Shown here: piece after piece, positions 18,801 through 30,302 of the stretch | Numbering within the stretch: position 1 is the first letter of the stretch | How the letters are laid out: the number at the start of each line of letters is the position of its first letter | Assembly: GCA_963786105.1 (NCBI GenBank) | Contig: CAWAXX010000013.1 | Coordinates: 64,001 to 128,000, forward strand | DNA length: 64,000 nt | Origin: Vulcanimicrobiota bacterium | GTDB taxonomy: Bacteria > Vulcanimicrobiota > Vulcanimicrobiia > Vulcanimicrobiales > Vulcanimicrobiaceae | Reading direction: 5' to 3' | Made by a program: the position numbers and the translations under genes | The notes under the pieces: generated by a model | The model's database searches: none | What the model was told of the DNA's origin: nothing | The model's input: the letters and a program-made list of their open reading frames with translations, nothing else

Positions 18801-19597
18801 CCATTCCCGTCGTCCGCGTTTTGCTCATCGGGGACGTTGTGGGCTCCCCGGGGCGCGAGACGCTCAAGCGCTGCGTGTCGTTGGCACGAGAGCAGCATCA
18901 GGTTCACGCCTGCTTGGCAAACGGCGAAAATGCCGCCGGCGGTTTCGGCTTGACGGCCCAGACCGCCGACGAGATGTTCGGCAGCGGCGTCGACTTCATC
19001 ACCAGCGGCAATCACATCTTCGACAAACGCGATTTCAAGGATTACTTGGAATCCAGCGACCGCGTGATACGGCCGGCCAACTATCCACCCTCGACCCCCG
19101 GACGGGGCACCGGTACGTTCGTCGTCGAAGGCGTGACGGTGGGTGTCCTGAACCTCATGGGACGGACCTTTATGCCGCCGGTGGACGATCCGTTCCGTTG
19201 TGCCGACGCTTTGGTCGACGATCTCCGGCGCCGGACGCCCGTGATCGTCGTGGACGTGCACGCCGAAGCGAGCTCGGAGAAGGTCGCACTCGGACGCTAT
19301 CTCGACGGCCGGGTGTCGTGCGTCTACGGCACCCACACGCACGTCCAGACGTCCGACGAACAGCTTTTCCCGGGAGGCACCGCCTACATCACCGACGTGG
19401 GTATGACCGGCCCCACCGCCGGGGTGATCGGCATGGAATCGCGCGCCGTGTTGGACCGTTTTCTGACCGGCATCTCGGAACGCTTCAGCGTCGAAAAATC
19501 GGGAACCAAACAGTTTTGTGCCGCAGTTGTGGGGATCGATACGAACACCGGCAAAGCGACCGAGATCAAACGCATCTTCCAACGAGGAATCGCGTGA
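18797..19597 (+). CDS. ymdB: YmdB/TIGR00282 metallophosphoesterase (start uncertain)
   Basis: IGDVVGSPGR, NGENAAGGFG, TSGNH, RPANYP, DVHAEASSEK, GTHTHVQT, TDVGMTGP. Confidence 0.92.
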   Translation: MAIPVVRVLLIGDVVGSPGRETLKRCVSLAREQHQVHACLANGENAAGGFGLTAQTADEMFGSGVDFITSGNHIFDKRDFKDYLESSDRVIRPANYPPSTPGRGTGTFVVEGVTVGVLNLMGRTFMPPVDDPFRCADALVDDLRRRTPVIVVDVHAEASSEKVALGRYLDGRVSCVYGTHTHVQTSDEQLFPGGTAYITDVGMTGPTAGVIGMESRAVLDRFLTGISERFSVEKSGTKQFCAAVVGIDTNTGKATEIKRIFQRGIA

Positions 19598-19604
19598 CGC
19601 GACG

Positions 19605-19949
19605 ATGAGCGCCGACGGACCGTTAAAGGTTTCGACGAAGAGCAATCCAAACGCGGTGGCGGGTGCCCTCGCGGCGTCGTTGCGCGAACGCGAGAGCGCC
19701 GAGCTGCAAGCGGTCGGCGCCGGAGCGATCAATCAAGCCATCAAGGCGGTCGCCATCGCTCGCAACTATCTCAAGACTGCCGGTATCGACATCGTCTGCG
19801 TTCCCGCGTTCATCACCGTTGCCATCAGCGACAACGAACGCACCGGAATCGCGCTCGTCGTCGAGCGGCGCCCCGCACGACAAACTATTGAGGAGGCTAC
19901 GATCCTGGAACCATCGACGCAAGACGACGGCATGACGGTGCCTGAGTGA
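19605..19949 (+). CDS. spoVS: Stage V sporulation protein S family
   Basis: LKVSTKSNPNAVAGALA...QAVGAGAINQAIKAVAIAR...PAF. Confidence 0.92.
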   Translation: MSADGPLKVSTKSNPNAVAGALAASLRERESAELQAVGAGAINQAIKAVAIARNYLKTAGIDIVCVPAFITVAISDNERTGIALVVERRPARQTIEEATILEPSTQDDGMTVPE

Positions 19950-20757
19950 AAATAGACCTGCACTCGCATACCAACGTCAGCGACGGCACGCTGGTCCCGC
20001 AGGCGTTGGCGGACTTCATGGGCGAGCGGAAGGTCGAGATCTTCTGCATCTCCGATCACGATACGCTGGGGGCCTACGGAAAGTTCGAACCGCCGGCCGG
20101 TTCGCGCTACATTACCGGGATCGAGATCAACACGACCTGGCGCGAAAACGAAGTACACGTGCTCGGATACAACGTCCCGCTCGGGCCTTCGTCGATCAAC
20201 GAACTGCTGGAATTCAACCAGGATCAGCGCCGGATGCGCGCTCAGACGATGGTCAACCAACTGCGCGCCGCCGGCTACGGCCTGACGCTCGATGACGTGC
20301 TGCGCGAATCCGACGAAGCGCACTCGGTGGGGCGCCCGCACGTGGCCAAAGCGCTGGTTCGGGCGGGCATGACCGAAAGCGTCAGCACGGCCTTTCGTGA
20401 TATGCTCGGACGCGGGAAGCCGGGCTACGTGCCGCAGCTTTACACGACGCCGCAACGAGCCATCGAGACGATTACGGCGGTCGGGGAATTCCGGTGCTGG
20501 CACATCCGGGACGCTTGCGCGATCGCATCCTGATCGACGAGCTCGCACATCACGGCTTGAAGGGTCTCGAAGTCTTCTATCCGTTGCACGAGCCGAGCGA
20601 CGTCGCGGAGTTTCGCGCCAAGGCGCAGGAATACGGTTTAGTGATGACTGCCGGGATGGACTTTCACGACATTCGCTATCACACCCAAGGCGTCGGGATG
20701 GAGGTCGACGAGGCCGACGTCGCACCGTTCCTCGAACTCGTCGAAGTCTTCGCGTGA
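19946..20757 (+). pseudogene. PHP-domain phosphoesterase (YciV/TrpH-like) split by a 1-bp frameshift (real or sequencing error)
   Basis: IDLHSHTNVSDG, SDHDT, GRPHVAKAL in one frame; VLAHPG, GLEV, GMDFH in another; adding one G at 20483-20486 restores VGGIPVLAHP. Confidence 0.85.
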
Positions 20758-22256
20758 TCGCGGCGGCGGCACTCGCCCTGGCGATCGACGCGCCTACGCG
20801 AACGCCCCGCCTGAAGCACTCGATCGTTGCCGCGGAGGTCTACGATCTCGACGCGCATCGCGTGCTGTTCGCACGCAACGCCGCAAAGCTGATGGTCGCC
20901 GCGTCCACCACGAAGCTCTTGACCGAGGGCACCAGTTTAGCGCTGCTCGGGCCTGGCTTTCGCTGGACGACGCCGGTGTATCGCACCGGACCGATCGACG
21001 CGCGCGGCGTCGTGCACGGCGATCTGGTGCTCGTCGCCGGCGGCGATCCTAACCTGTCGCAGCGTATCCGCAGCGATGGTACGCTAGCGTTTGAAGACGA
21101 GGATCACGCCTACGACGGCTCGGCCGAAACCAGAGCCGTGCCGGGCGATCCGCTCGCAGTGTTGCGCGACCTCGCCGCTCAAGTTTCTAAAGCCGGGGTA
21201 ACGGCAATCGACGGCCGGGTGCTAGTCGACGGTTCGCTCCTTCCCGATCAAGGTGCGGAATCGGGAACGGGCGTCACCGTCTCGCCGATCGTCGTCAACG
21301 ACAACGTGATCGACGTCACCGTGACGCCGGCGAGTAGCGCGGGGGGCGCCGCCACCTTGACGGCTTCCCCGCGGACGGCATACGTGACGTTTGTAAATAA
21401 GACGACGACGGGCGCCCTAAAAAGCGACGCGACCGTAGACATGAGCCATGATGTAGCCGATGCGAACGGCCGGCATACGGTGACCGTTACCGGCTCCCAG
21501 CCGATCGGTCCGAGCGTGCTCTATGCCTATCGAGTTCCCGATCCGAAACGGTTCGCGCAAGACGCGTTCACGCTCGCGCTGCGGGAAGCGGGCGTCGCCG
21601 TGTCGTCGCCCGCGAGCGCCGCGCCATCCGGCATCGCGGCGCAGCAGGCGTTCGTCCCGGCGAATCTCGTCGCGCAGCACGTCTCACCGCCGCTTTCCGA
21701 AGACGCCTACATCACGTTGAAGGTCAGCGACAATCTGCACGCCGCGCTGATGCCTTACCTTTGGGCGGTGTATCTCGCTCATGCCAAGAACGACTATCTT
21801 CGCGCGGGTTTCGCGTTGGAAGCGCAGCTGTTGCGTCGAGCCGGGCTGAACCTCCAAGAGGCAGCTCAGGAAGACGGCGAGGGCAGCAGCGCGTTTTTCA
21901 CCGCCGATTTCATGGTGCGCTATCTGGCGTGGGCTCGTACGCAAGTCTGGTATCCGTTCCTGTTGCGCGGCTTGCCGATCATGGGCGTCGACGGCACGCT
22001 GGCCAACATCCAAAAACACTCGTCGGCGCGCGGAAAGGTGTTCGCCAAGACCGGTACCGACGACAGCGAGAACTTTCTCGGCGGCGGCAGCGTCATCGAA
22101 AAAGGCCTAGCCGGCTACATCACCACGCGCGCCGGCCGCCATGTCGCTTTCGCGTTTTACATTAGCGCGTTCAAAGGACCGCACGACGAAGATACGGGCA
22201 CGGTTGCCGGTCAAATTCTCGGCGCGATGGCGGGAGCGACGTACAACGCGATCTAA
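20754..22256 (+). CDS. dacB: D-alanyl-D-alanine carboxypeptidase/endopeptidase (peptidase S13, PBP4)
   Basis: ASTTK (SxxK), GGDP, SDN (SxN), GVDGTL, AKTGT. Confidence 0.9.
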   Translation: MIAAAALALAIDAPTRTPRLKHSIVAAEVYDLDAHRVLFARNAAKLMVAASTTKLLTEGTSLALLGPGFRWTTPVYRTGPIDARGVVHGDLVLVAGGDPNLSQRIRSDGTLAFEDEDHAYDGSAETRAVPGDPLAVLRDLAAQVSKAGVTAIDGRVLVDGSLLPDQGAESGTGVTVSPIVVNDNVIDVTVTPASSAGGAATLTASPRTAYVTFVNKTTTGALKSDATVDMSHDVADANGRHTVTVTGSQPIGPSVLYAYRVPDPKRFAQDAFTLALREAGVAVSSPASAAPSGIAAQQAFVPANLVAQHVSPPLSEDAYITLKVSDNLHAALMPYLWAVYLAHAKNDYLRAGFALEAQLLRRAGLNLQEAAQEDGEGSSAFFTADFMVRYLAWARTQVWYPFLLRGLPIMGVDGTLANIQKHSSARGKVFAKTGTDDSENFLGGGSVIEKGLAGYITTRAGRHVAFAFYISAFKGPHDEDTGTVAGQILGAMAGATYNAI

Positions 22257-22873
22257 CGCGCGAGGGCGGCGGCGACGGCCGCGCGCACGCGACCAACGGC
22301 GTTGTCCCCGTCGCTTTCGTACCGGACGAGTTTCGAGGCTTGATCGGCGATCGCCGATTCATCGCGCATGAAGCGATGATTGACGCGCACGTTAAGCGCG
22401 CATGCGGCCAGCGCGGCAGCGCCGAACTCGGCCGCGCACCCCACATCGCTGGCGAGGTTGCGGTTCGGAATCTGCAAGAGGCGATCGGCGAGGCGAACGA
22501 CGTCGAGCGCGAGCGCCGCGGTCTCGAGCGGTTCTTGCGCCGCCGCATGTAACGCCGTTTCTAGCGCCTCACGGCGTGCGGTCGTTTGTTCCGGCGTTTC
22601 CTTGGGCAGCGCTTGCGCCGCAACGACGCGGCCGAAGGCGCGTTCGTCCCGGTCGCGCGCGGTCGCGAGCCGCAATCGCAGGCCGTCGCCGTCGGCAACG
22701 ATCTGGCGCAACGCGCCGGCGTGCTCGGCATAACTCGGATTGCGCTCGCAAATGCGCGCGACCATTGCGACTAATGCCGCACCGATCGACGCAACGATGG
22801 CCGCGGCGCTGCCTCCGCCTGGAACCGGCTCGGCGGACGCGAGGTTGTGCAGATACAGATCGATGGTTTCCAC
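22253..22873 (-). CDS. Formiminotetrahydrofolate cyclodeaminase/cyclohydrolase family
   Basis: LASAEPVPGGGSAAA, NRNLASDVG, ALNVRVN. Confidence 0.9.
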   Translation of the reverse strand: METIDLYLHNLASAEPVPGGGSAAAIVASIGAALVAMVARICERNPSYAEHAGALRQIVADGDGLRLRLATARDRDERAFGRVVAAQALPKETPEQTTARREALETALHAAAQEPLETAALALDVVRLADRLLQIPNRNLASDVGCAAEFGAAALAACALNVRVNHRFMRDESAIADQASKLVRYESDGDNAVGRVRAAVAAALAR

Positions 22874-22967
22874 GTTCGGTCAGTTAGCCGGGCACCGCGT
22901 TGCGCCTTCGGTGGAGACCTCGCCGGCGGACCCGGCACCACGGCCGCCGAAGGATGAGGACCGCTAA

Positions 22968-24275
<1,308 letters not shown>

Positions 24276-24276
24276 A

Positions 24277-25500
24277 GTGGCATACCGCCGGTTTTTCACC
24301 AGCGAGTCCGTGACCGAAGGCCATCCCGACAAGGTCGCGGACCAGATTTCGGATGCCGTGCTCGATGCGCTTCTCCGAGAGGATCCGCAGTCGCGCGTCG
24401 CGGTCGAGACGTTTGCGATTACCGGCCAGATCCATCTTGCCGGTGAAGTCACGACCAAGACGTACATCGACATTCCGCGGATCGTGCGCGAAGTGATTCG
24501 GGACATCGGGTATACGAAATCGGCGGTCGGCTTCGACGCGGATACCTGCGGCGTGAGCATTTCGATCGACGAGCAGTCTGCCGACATCGCGATGGGCGTC
24601 GATAAGTCGCTCGAAGCCAAAGGCGGCGAGGACGACGAGTTCGAGCGAACCGGTGCCGGCGACCAAGGCATGATGTTCGGATTCGCGTGTCGCGAAACCG
24701 ACGAGCTGATGCCGCTGCCGATCGTTCTCGCGCACAATCTCGCGCGCCACTTGGCCGCGGCTCGAAAGAACGGCGACATTCCCTACCTGCGGCCTGACGG
24801 CAAGTCGCAAGTAACCGTCGAGTATGACGGCGATCGCCCGGTTCGTATCGAGGCGGTCGTCATCTCGACGCAGCACGATCCCGACATCGCCCTCGAAGTG
24901 ATTCGAAACGAAGTCACCGAGAAGGTGATCGATCACGTGATTCCGCGATCGTTGCGCGACCGAAACACGCGCATCTACGTCAATCCCACCGGACGTTTCG
25001 TCATCGGCGGTCCCAAAGGCGACGCGGGTTTAACCGGACGGAAGATCATCGCCGATACTTACGGCGGAATGGCCCGCCACGGCGGTGGCGCGTTCTCCGG
25101 GAAGGATCCGACGAAGGTGGACCGGTCGGCCGCATACGCCGCGCGCTGGGTGGCTAAGAACGTCGTCGCCGCCGGACTGGCCGATCGCTGCGAGATTCAG
25201 GTCGCCTACGCCATCGGCGTCGCGCACCCGATGAATCTCTTCGTCGAAACTTTCGGCACGGCGAAAATCGACGAGGAACAAATTGCCAAAGCGGTGCTCG
25301 ACGTATTCGACCTGCGGCCTGCCGCGATCATCCATCACTTGAATCTGCGCCGCCCGATCTATCGCCAAACGGCCTCGTACGGCCACTTCGGACGCCCCGA
25401 CTTAGACCTTCCGTGGGAGCGGCTCAATCGCGTCGAAGCGCTTCGCAAAGCGACTGGGTTTACCGGCGAGGCGCTGCGCGTTCCCAACTTTGCAACCTAG
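24277..25500 (+). CDS. metK: S-adenosylmethionine synthetase
   Basis: [43 protein letters not shown]. Confidence 0.98.
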   Translation: MAYRRFFTSESVTEGHPDKVADQISDAVLDALLREDPQSRVAVETFAITGQIHLAGEVTTKTYIDIPRIVREVIRDIGYTKSAVGFDADTCGVSISIDEQSADIAMGVDKSLEAKGGEDDEFERTGAGDQGMMFGFACRETDELMPLPIVLAHNLARHLAAARKNGDIPYLRPDGKSQVTVEYDGDRPVRIEAVVISTQHDPDIALEVIRNEVTEKVIDHVIPRSLRDRNTRIYVNPTGRFVIGGPKGDAGLTGRKIIADTYGGMARHGGGAFSGKDPTKVDRSAAYAARWVAKNVVAAGLADRCEIQVAYAIGVAHPMNLFVETFGTAKIDEEQIAKAVLDVFDLRPAAIIHHLNLRRPIYRQTASYGHFGRPDLDLPWERLNRVEALRKATGFTGEALRVPNFAT

Positions 25501-25516
25501 TATAAGAGGAGGAGCG

Positions 25517-26125
25517 ATGTTGAAGAAGACGATGGCGCCGGCGCTAATCAAAGCCGCCGCGGTTACGTGCGCGCTGGCGGCAACGTTCGTGGTGGCTCGG
25601 GCGGCAACGATCCCGAGCGGTACCAAAATCCTTTGCGTGCTGGGCAAAGGTGTGAACTCGGCGACGCTCAAAGTCGGCACCGACTTCAAACTACACGTCG
25701 ACGATCCGGCGCAGCCCGGATTAACCGGCGCGGCGATCCACGGTCACGTCACCGACGTGGCGGGTCCCGGCGGAATGACGCGCGCCCGAATCGGCTTCAT
25801 TCTCGACTACATTCAGTTCAAGAACGGCGCCCGTAGCTCTATTCACGCCAACATCGTGAGCAAGAACGTAACACAAACCAACACGGCGGCCGTCCGTCAG
25901 GAGGCAGTCAAGTTCTCGCTCCCTCCTATGCCCAACGGGACCGTTACGCCCGGACCGATTGCGTGGCAAATGCATTTCCGCCGGGATGCCGCCCCATCGG
26001 TGTCGCCGCCGCCTGCCGGCAACACTAGCGGCTACGTGTACGCTCAGAAATCTAATGAGAATATCGTTATTCCGCCCGGCGCCCCGGTTACTATTGCGCT
26101 AACGAGTGACCTGACCACGCCATAA
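25517..26125 (+). CDS. Secreted hypothetical protein (VirB10/TrbI-like beta fold suspected)
   Basis: SD GAGGAGGAG, signal peptide, TIPSGT...IVIPPGAPVTIAL pattern. Confidence 0.7.
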   Translation: MLKKTMAPALIKAAAVTCALAATFVVARAATIPSGTKILCVLGKGVNSATLKVGTDFKLHVDDPAQPGLTGAAIHGHVTDVAGPGGMTRARIGFILDYIQFKNGARSSIHANIVSKNVTQTNTAAVRQEAVKFSLPPMPNGTVTPGPIAWQMHFRRDAAPSVSPPPAGNTSGYVYAQKSNENIVIPPGAPVTIALTSDLTTP

Positions 26126-26165
26126 TGCGTTGGTCGGGAGACCACCAACGGGGAATGACGTAGAC

Positions 26166-26765
26166 ATGAGAATTCGAAATCGGCTCGGCATGCTGGCGAT
26201 GATCGCGGCGCTCGCCGTAACGGCAGCGCTCGCATCGGCAGCCGAAAGCATCACGCTATATAACGGCACGGTACTCAATGCGCGACTCAACCAAGGCCTC
26301 GACTCCGGTTCGGCCCACGTGGGTGACGTGTTCACGATGACCGTGATCCCGCCGTATCCCAGCGGAAATCCCGCGTTTCAAGGGTCAACGATTAGCGGCG
26401 TAGTGACGAAGGTTCAGCCTGCAGGCCAGGGTCGCAATCCCGAGATCGTCATCGTTCCGGAGTACCTGCGGCTCGATGGCGGCAGCACCGCGAACATTTT
26501 AGGAAGCGTGACCAGCGTTGCCGCCAACAAGAGCACGGCAGGAACGGCTGGGAAAGCGGCCATCGGGGCGCTTGCTGGCATGTTGATCGGCAACGCGATC
26601 GGTCAAACGATCTTCCACACGAGCGGCGGCGGGGCGGTCGGTTTGATCAGCGGCGCGATGCTCGGGGCGAACAACAAGACGAACTTCAGCATTCCACCCG
26701 GAGCCAACGCGACCGTCCAGCTTAGTCAGACGGTCACCGTCCGCCGCCAGTCGTCACAGCCCTAG
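26166..26765 (+). CDS. Secreted hypothetical protein with glycine zipper
   Basis: Signal peptide; LDSGSAHVGDVF; GALAGMLIGNAIG...GAVGLISGAMLG; resembles upstream gene. Confidence 0.75.
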   Translation: MRIRNRLGMLAMIAALAVTAALASAAESITLYNGTVLNARLNQGLDSGSAHVGDVFTMTVIPPYPSGNPAFQGSTISGVVTKVQPAGQGRNPEIVIVPEYLRLDGGSTANILGSVTSVAANKSTAGTAGKAAIGALAGMLIGNAIGQTIFHTSGGGAVGLISGAMLGANNKTNFSIPPGANATVQLSQTVTVRRQSSQP

Positions 26766-26771
26766 TAAGGG

Positions 26772-26957
26772 CTATTGGACGACGGGCGTTTTGACCCGAT
26801 CGCGGAGCGTGGAGACGGATGACCGATGCGCGTGGGCGGTCACCACGGCGATGACCTTCATGCCGGGATCGGAGGCGTTGGCGGCGGCTCCGAGCGCCGA
26901 ATAGCCGCAAAACGCGATTATGCTGGCGGCGACGAAACTGAGACCGAACCGTACCAT
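26772..26957 (-). CDS. Small 61-aa protein with hydrophobic N-terminus
   Basis: SD GGAGG 9 nt before ATG; sigma70-like promoter upstream. Confidence 0.65.
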   Translation of the reverse strand: MVRFGLSFVAASIIAFCGYSALGAAANASDPGMKVIAVVTAHAHRSSVSTLRDRVKTPVVQ

Positions 26958-27001
26958 TTTGGGGGACCTCCAGGACTCTTAAGGTTTTAGTTGATAGGCC
27001 T

Positions 27002-27030
27002 AGCCTACTCCCGCCGGATGGGTTTGTCAA
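27002..27030 (-). promoter_or_regulatory. Sigma70-type promoter of small ORF, embedded in a 26-bp inverted repeat
   Basis: TTGACA-17 bp-TAGGCT on minus strand. Confidence 0.7.
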
Positions 27031-27121
27031 CTAAAAACTTAAGAGAAAGATATCAAAAATCGCCCACTGCGTTGCGGGCCCCTTCGGCCTCGGGGTAAAA
27101 TCCCGCAAGTCGGTCCCTCGT

Positions 27122-27197
27122 TCCGGATTAGCTCAGTTGGTAGAGCAGCTGACTGTTAATCAGCGGGTCGCTGGTTCGAGTCCAGCATCCGGAGCCA
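27122..27197 (+). tRNA. tRNA-Asn (GTT)
   Basis: Acceptor TCCGGAT/ATCCGGA, D arm TAGCTCAGTTGGTAGAGC, anticodon arm GCTGA-CTGTTAA-TCAGC, GGTTCGAGTCC, encoded CCA. Confidence 0.98.
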
Positions 27198-27200
27198 TCT

Positions 27201-27238
27201 ACTCCCTCGTAAATCGATGCATTTGCGGGGGAGTTTTT
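27201..27238 (+). terminator. Intrinsic terminator after tRNA
   Basis: ACTCCCTCGTAAAT / ATTTGCGGGGGAGT stem followed by T tract. Confidence 0.8.
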
Positions 27239-27761
27239 CTGTGCGGCGATGCCGTGTAGCCCCTTTGTAGCGCTTTCTGAAACGACATGCTCCCTCGCAC
27301 GGCAAGTCGGTCAGCTCCGATCCGCTAGGTAATGCGTCATCGAAAACCGAGGGCACGGTTACTCGGAAAAAGGAGATAAGGCGTTTCAAAACGAGGCCCC
27401 TGACACTGGGCGCGATTTAAGGCTCTTCGAAGCAAGGAGCTCGCGGCTGCAAAGCGAGCGAGGCGTCTAGGTTACGATGGCCTCGCGATCTCGAAGTCGT
27501 GCTCGGGGCGGAGCTCTACCTCAGTGCGCCGGAAGTGCGCTGGACGAATGGTTGCGTCAGAACGCCCGTTTCTTACAACCCGTCCGTTCGCGCTGAGTTC
27601 TATAGCAGAGCCGTGGTGTGTGATCACAAGGTCTACACGTTTTGCGTCACGCCTTTGCGCGGCGCAAAATGGGCCACTTTGCGATGCTCGTCGAGGGCGC
27701 GATCGATGACGTCTCGATCAACCGCGCCCTTGCGGCGTTGAAGAAGCTCGGCTGGACTCAA

Positions 27762-28679
27762 TCAGTCGGCGCCAACTCCTAACGGAGCCGCATTGGCCAG
27801 ACCAGCCGTAATAGCGTACGACGACTGACTGCCCGCAGGCAAGACGACGACCGACGGCGATGGCGTACCGGTGAAGGGGACGTAGATGGTGCCATCGTTT
27901 CCGCGCCCGATGAAGCGAATGCTGGCCCCGTAGTACGTGTCTTTTATCGGTTTGTAGCTGGGCGGAGCGTAGACACTGAGCGTGGCGGCGTTTGCCGCGT
28001 AGAGGTTCCCGGCATTGTCAAGCGCTAACCCGGAACAAGCCGCTAGTCCGATGGGATTCCCCGTTGGCTGACCGGCGACGTACTCTTGGGCAAACCCTCC
28101 CGCTGAATCGTACATATCGATGAACACAACGCGATTATGCACCGCGACACCTTCGATCGCGAAATTCTCCGGAGCGTTTATTTGAGCGGTCACGGTGTCG
28201 GAATCGGGTTTGAATTCTGCGACGTACCCGGATTTGCACGCGGTTTCGCAGTGGCTTGCAACGTAAAGCCAGTTTCGCTCGTCCACTGCCAGGCCTTGAG
28301 GTTTGTAGAGGCCATTAGTAATGGTACGCACGAGCGATGTCGCCCCGTGAGAAAAAACGTCGATCGTTGAAGTATTTAGCAGGGCGACGAATACGTGGCC
28401 GTTGCCGTCGACGGCGACGCCTTGCGGAACGTCCCCGAGTGGAATCGTTCGAATGGGCGAGGGGTTTAAAACGCCCTCCGGATAGACTAAAAGCTGTTCG
28501 TTTTTGGCGTCGCCAACGTAGATGTATTTTTGCGTTGAAGCCGTACTGTATTTTTGAGCTGACGCCGTATTGTAAGACGGTGCCACGGCACCCGTCGTAC
28601 TCTTAGTCGGAAGGTACGATGTCGCTCCCGAACTACAAGCTGCTAACGACAATGCGAAAAAGGAGTTTACGAGTTTCAT
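27762..28679 (-). CDS. NHL/YVTN-like beta-propeller lipoprotein
   Basis: Lipobox LAAC; repeats PQGVAVDGNGHVFVA, PQGLAVDERNWLYVA, GLALDNAGNLYAA. Confidence 0.8.
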   Translation of the reverse strand: MKLVNSFFALSLAACSSGATSYLPTKSTTGAVAPSYNTASAQKYSTASTQKYIYVGDAKNEQLLVYPEGVLNPSPIRTIPLGDVPQGVAVDGNGHVFVALLNTSTIDVFSHGATSLVRTITNGLYKPQGLAVDERNWLYVASHCETACKSGYVAEFKPDSDTVTAQINAPENFAIEGVAVHNRVVFIDMYDSAGGFAQEYVAGQPTGNPIGLAACSGLALDNAGNLYAANAATLSVYAPPSYKPIKDTYYGASIRFIGRGNDGTIYVPFTGTPSPSVVVLPAGSQSSYAITAGLANAAPLGVGAD

Positions 28680-28910
28680 TTGTTCCGGTGTGCTCCGTTA
28701 AGTGAAGTGATGACACCGGACAATCTAGCGTGGGGCTGAGCGCGGCGTAACGCACAACATTCACAAACGACCTGCACATCTGCGTACACCGCCACACAGG
28801 GGTCCACTAACGAGCCTCACGACACGCACAAACGGCCCGCAAGGTCGACGCTTGGCGCCGCTGCCGCCGCTTGAGGATGCTCGCTCCATGTCGGCGAAAA
28901 CGGGCAGAAA

Positions 28911-29062
28911 GTGGAAGGAGAGCAAGAACTTCAGGCTCTCCGCCCTTCAGAACGCAGCTTCCGGGTTATCGGCTCGCCGTTGGGATTTCGCAAAGAGGCG
29001 GTGGCCGAACGCACCCAAATGAGCGCGAACTGGATCGCGTGGCGACGAGTATGCCGAACCCC
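28911..29062 (+). pseudogene. Degenerate XRE-HTH N-terminus of a STAND regulator
   Basis: Frameshifted pieces FRTQLPGYRLAVGISQ + EAVAERTQMSAN...RTP align with FGTLLRRYRLAAELSQEALAERARMSTN...RTP at 30303. Confidence 0.7.
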
Positions 29063-29259
29063 CTTGCAGCTATGCTCGAACGGCCCGGTGGCGCCGCACA
29101 TGTCCCGGCGCGCGGCCGTCGTCGCGGCGCGAAAGGACACCCTCACAGCGGGAAAACACATGACTTTTGTCGTATGTAAAGTGCCGGGCGATCAGCCGCT
29201 TTCCCGTAGCCTTACCAGGCCTGAACTTCGGCCATCCCCTGGGCGAAAGGAGCAATTAC

Positions 29260-30237
29260 ATGAGCACCCTGCGGTCGGCGTCTTACGCGGTCGGATCTTT
29301 GGCGTTCGCAGGCATTTGCGCGGTTTGCGCCATCGGAGGCTTAAAATCGGCGGCGCTCGCTGCGTCGGAACCAGGCCGTCTCTTCGTTTCAGATTCCCAG
29401 GCCAGCGTGCTTGGGGTCTTCTCGCTTCCCGACCTCGTCCTCAAGGGGACGATGACGGGCCTCAATGAGCCACGCGGCTTATGCGACGACGGCAACGGCA
29501 ACGTCTGGGTGGCCAACCACGGAACGCAGCAGATGTTCAAGTACTCGCATACCGGTGCGCTCATCGCGACGTTGAACGATGCTAACGGTTTCCCGTTTGC
29601 ATGCTCCGTCGACCGAGGCTCCCACCGCAGCCACGATCTGGCGGTAGCGAACCGTCGTAACTTTAGCGGCCCGGGCGAAACCGAAAAATATGGTCCGGGC
29701 ATGACCAAACCGGGGCCATCCTACGACTTTGCGTCGATGTCCACGGTGCTCGGCGAATCCTATGGCCCAGGCAGCCTCTACATCGACGGACAAACGAAAA
29801 CCGGAACATTCGTGCTAGCGGAGCTCCGGGCCGGGAGCAACAAGATCACCGGGATCACCGTTACCGGTGGCACCATACACCTCCCGGGGATGCTCCAATG
29901 GGACGAGGACGATCATTACCTCGCCGTCGGCGATCGACGATGCGGGAGTCCGAGGACTACCTGCGTCTACCACCTGTCGATTTCCGGGTCAACCGGAACG
30001 ATTACCGGCAAAACGAAGCTCGAAGCCTACAACGGCCACGTGATCTGCGATATGGCTCAGGGCGTGATCTACGAGTCCGGCGGCGTGACGTATCTCGCCG
30101 GAGGCGATGACGAGTCCCCCTGCGGCTACGCTGCGACCAGTGTGAACCGGTGGGCGTACCCAGCTGGTGGCGTACCCACAAATAACAACCATTCCATCCC
30201 TTTCGCCCATCCGTTCGGCACGGCGATCTCAAGATAA
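29260..30237 (+). CDS. Secreted beta-propeller (NHL-like) protein
   Basis: SD AAGGAG, signal peptide, EPRGLCDDGNGNVWVAN, PFACSVD, HPFGTAIS. Confidence 0.75.
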   Translation: MSTLRSASYAVGSLAFAGICAVCAIGGLKSAALAASEPGRLFVSDSQASVLGVFSLPDLVLKGTMTGLNEPRGLCDDGNGNVWVANHGTQQMFKYSHTGALIATLNDANGFPFACSVDRGSHRSHDLAVANRRNFSGPGETEKYGPGMTKPGPSYDFASMSTVLGESYGPGSLYIDGQTKTGTFVLAELRAGSNKITGITVTGGTIHLPGMLQWDEDDHYLAVGDRRCGSPRTTCVYHLSISGSTGTITGKTKLEAYNGHVICDMAQGVIYESGGVTYLAGGDDESPCGYAATSVNRWAYPAGGVPTNNNHSIPFAHPFGTAISR

Positions 30238-30302
30238 ATCGATTCGTTAAGCGCTTATGCAGCTAAGGTTGGCGGGCAACGCGGCGCGAAGTTCCTGATA
30301 CC

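Noticed and set aside
18158..19732. 708-aa minus-strand ORF as a whole
   Set aside because: The 5' three quarters are the antisense shadow of the ymdB operon; only 17606-18157 looks coding
22930..22960. SAM-I riboswitch (CCCGGCA...GATGAG)
   Set aside because: No 5' CTCATC/CTTATC-AGAG strand or kink-turn; kept only as an unclassified structure
27240..27760. Short ORFs after the tRNA (possible integrase relic)
   Set aside because: No recognisable recombinase motifs; fragments could not be assigned
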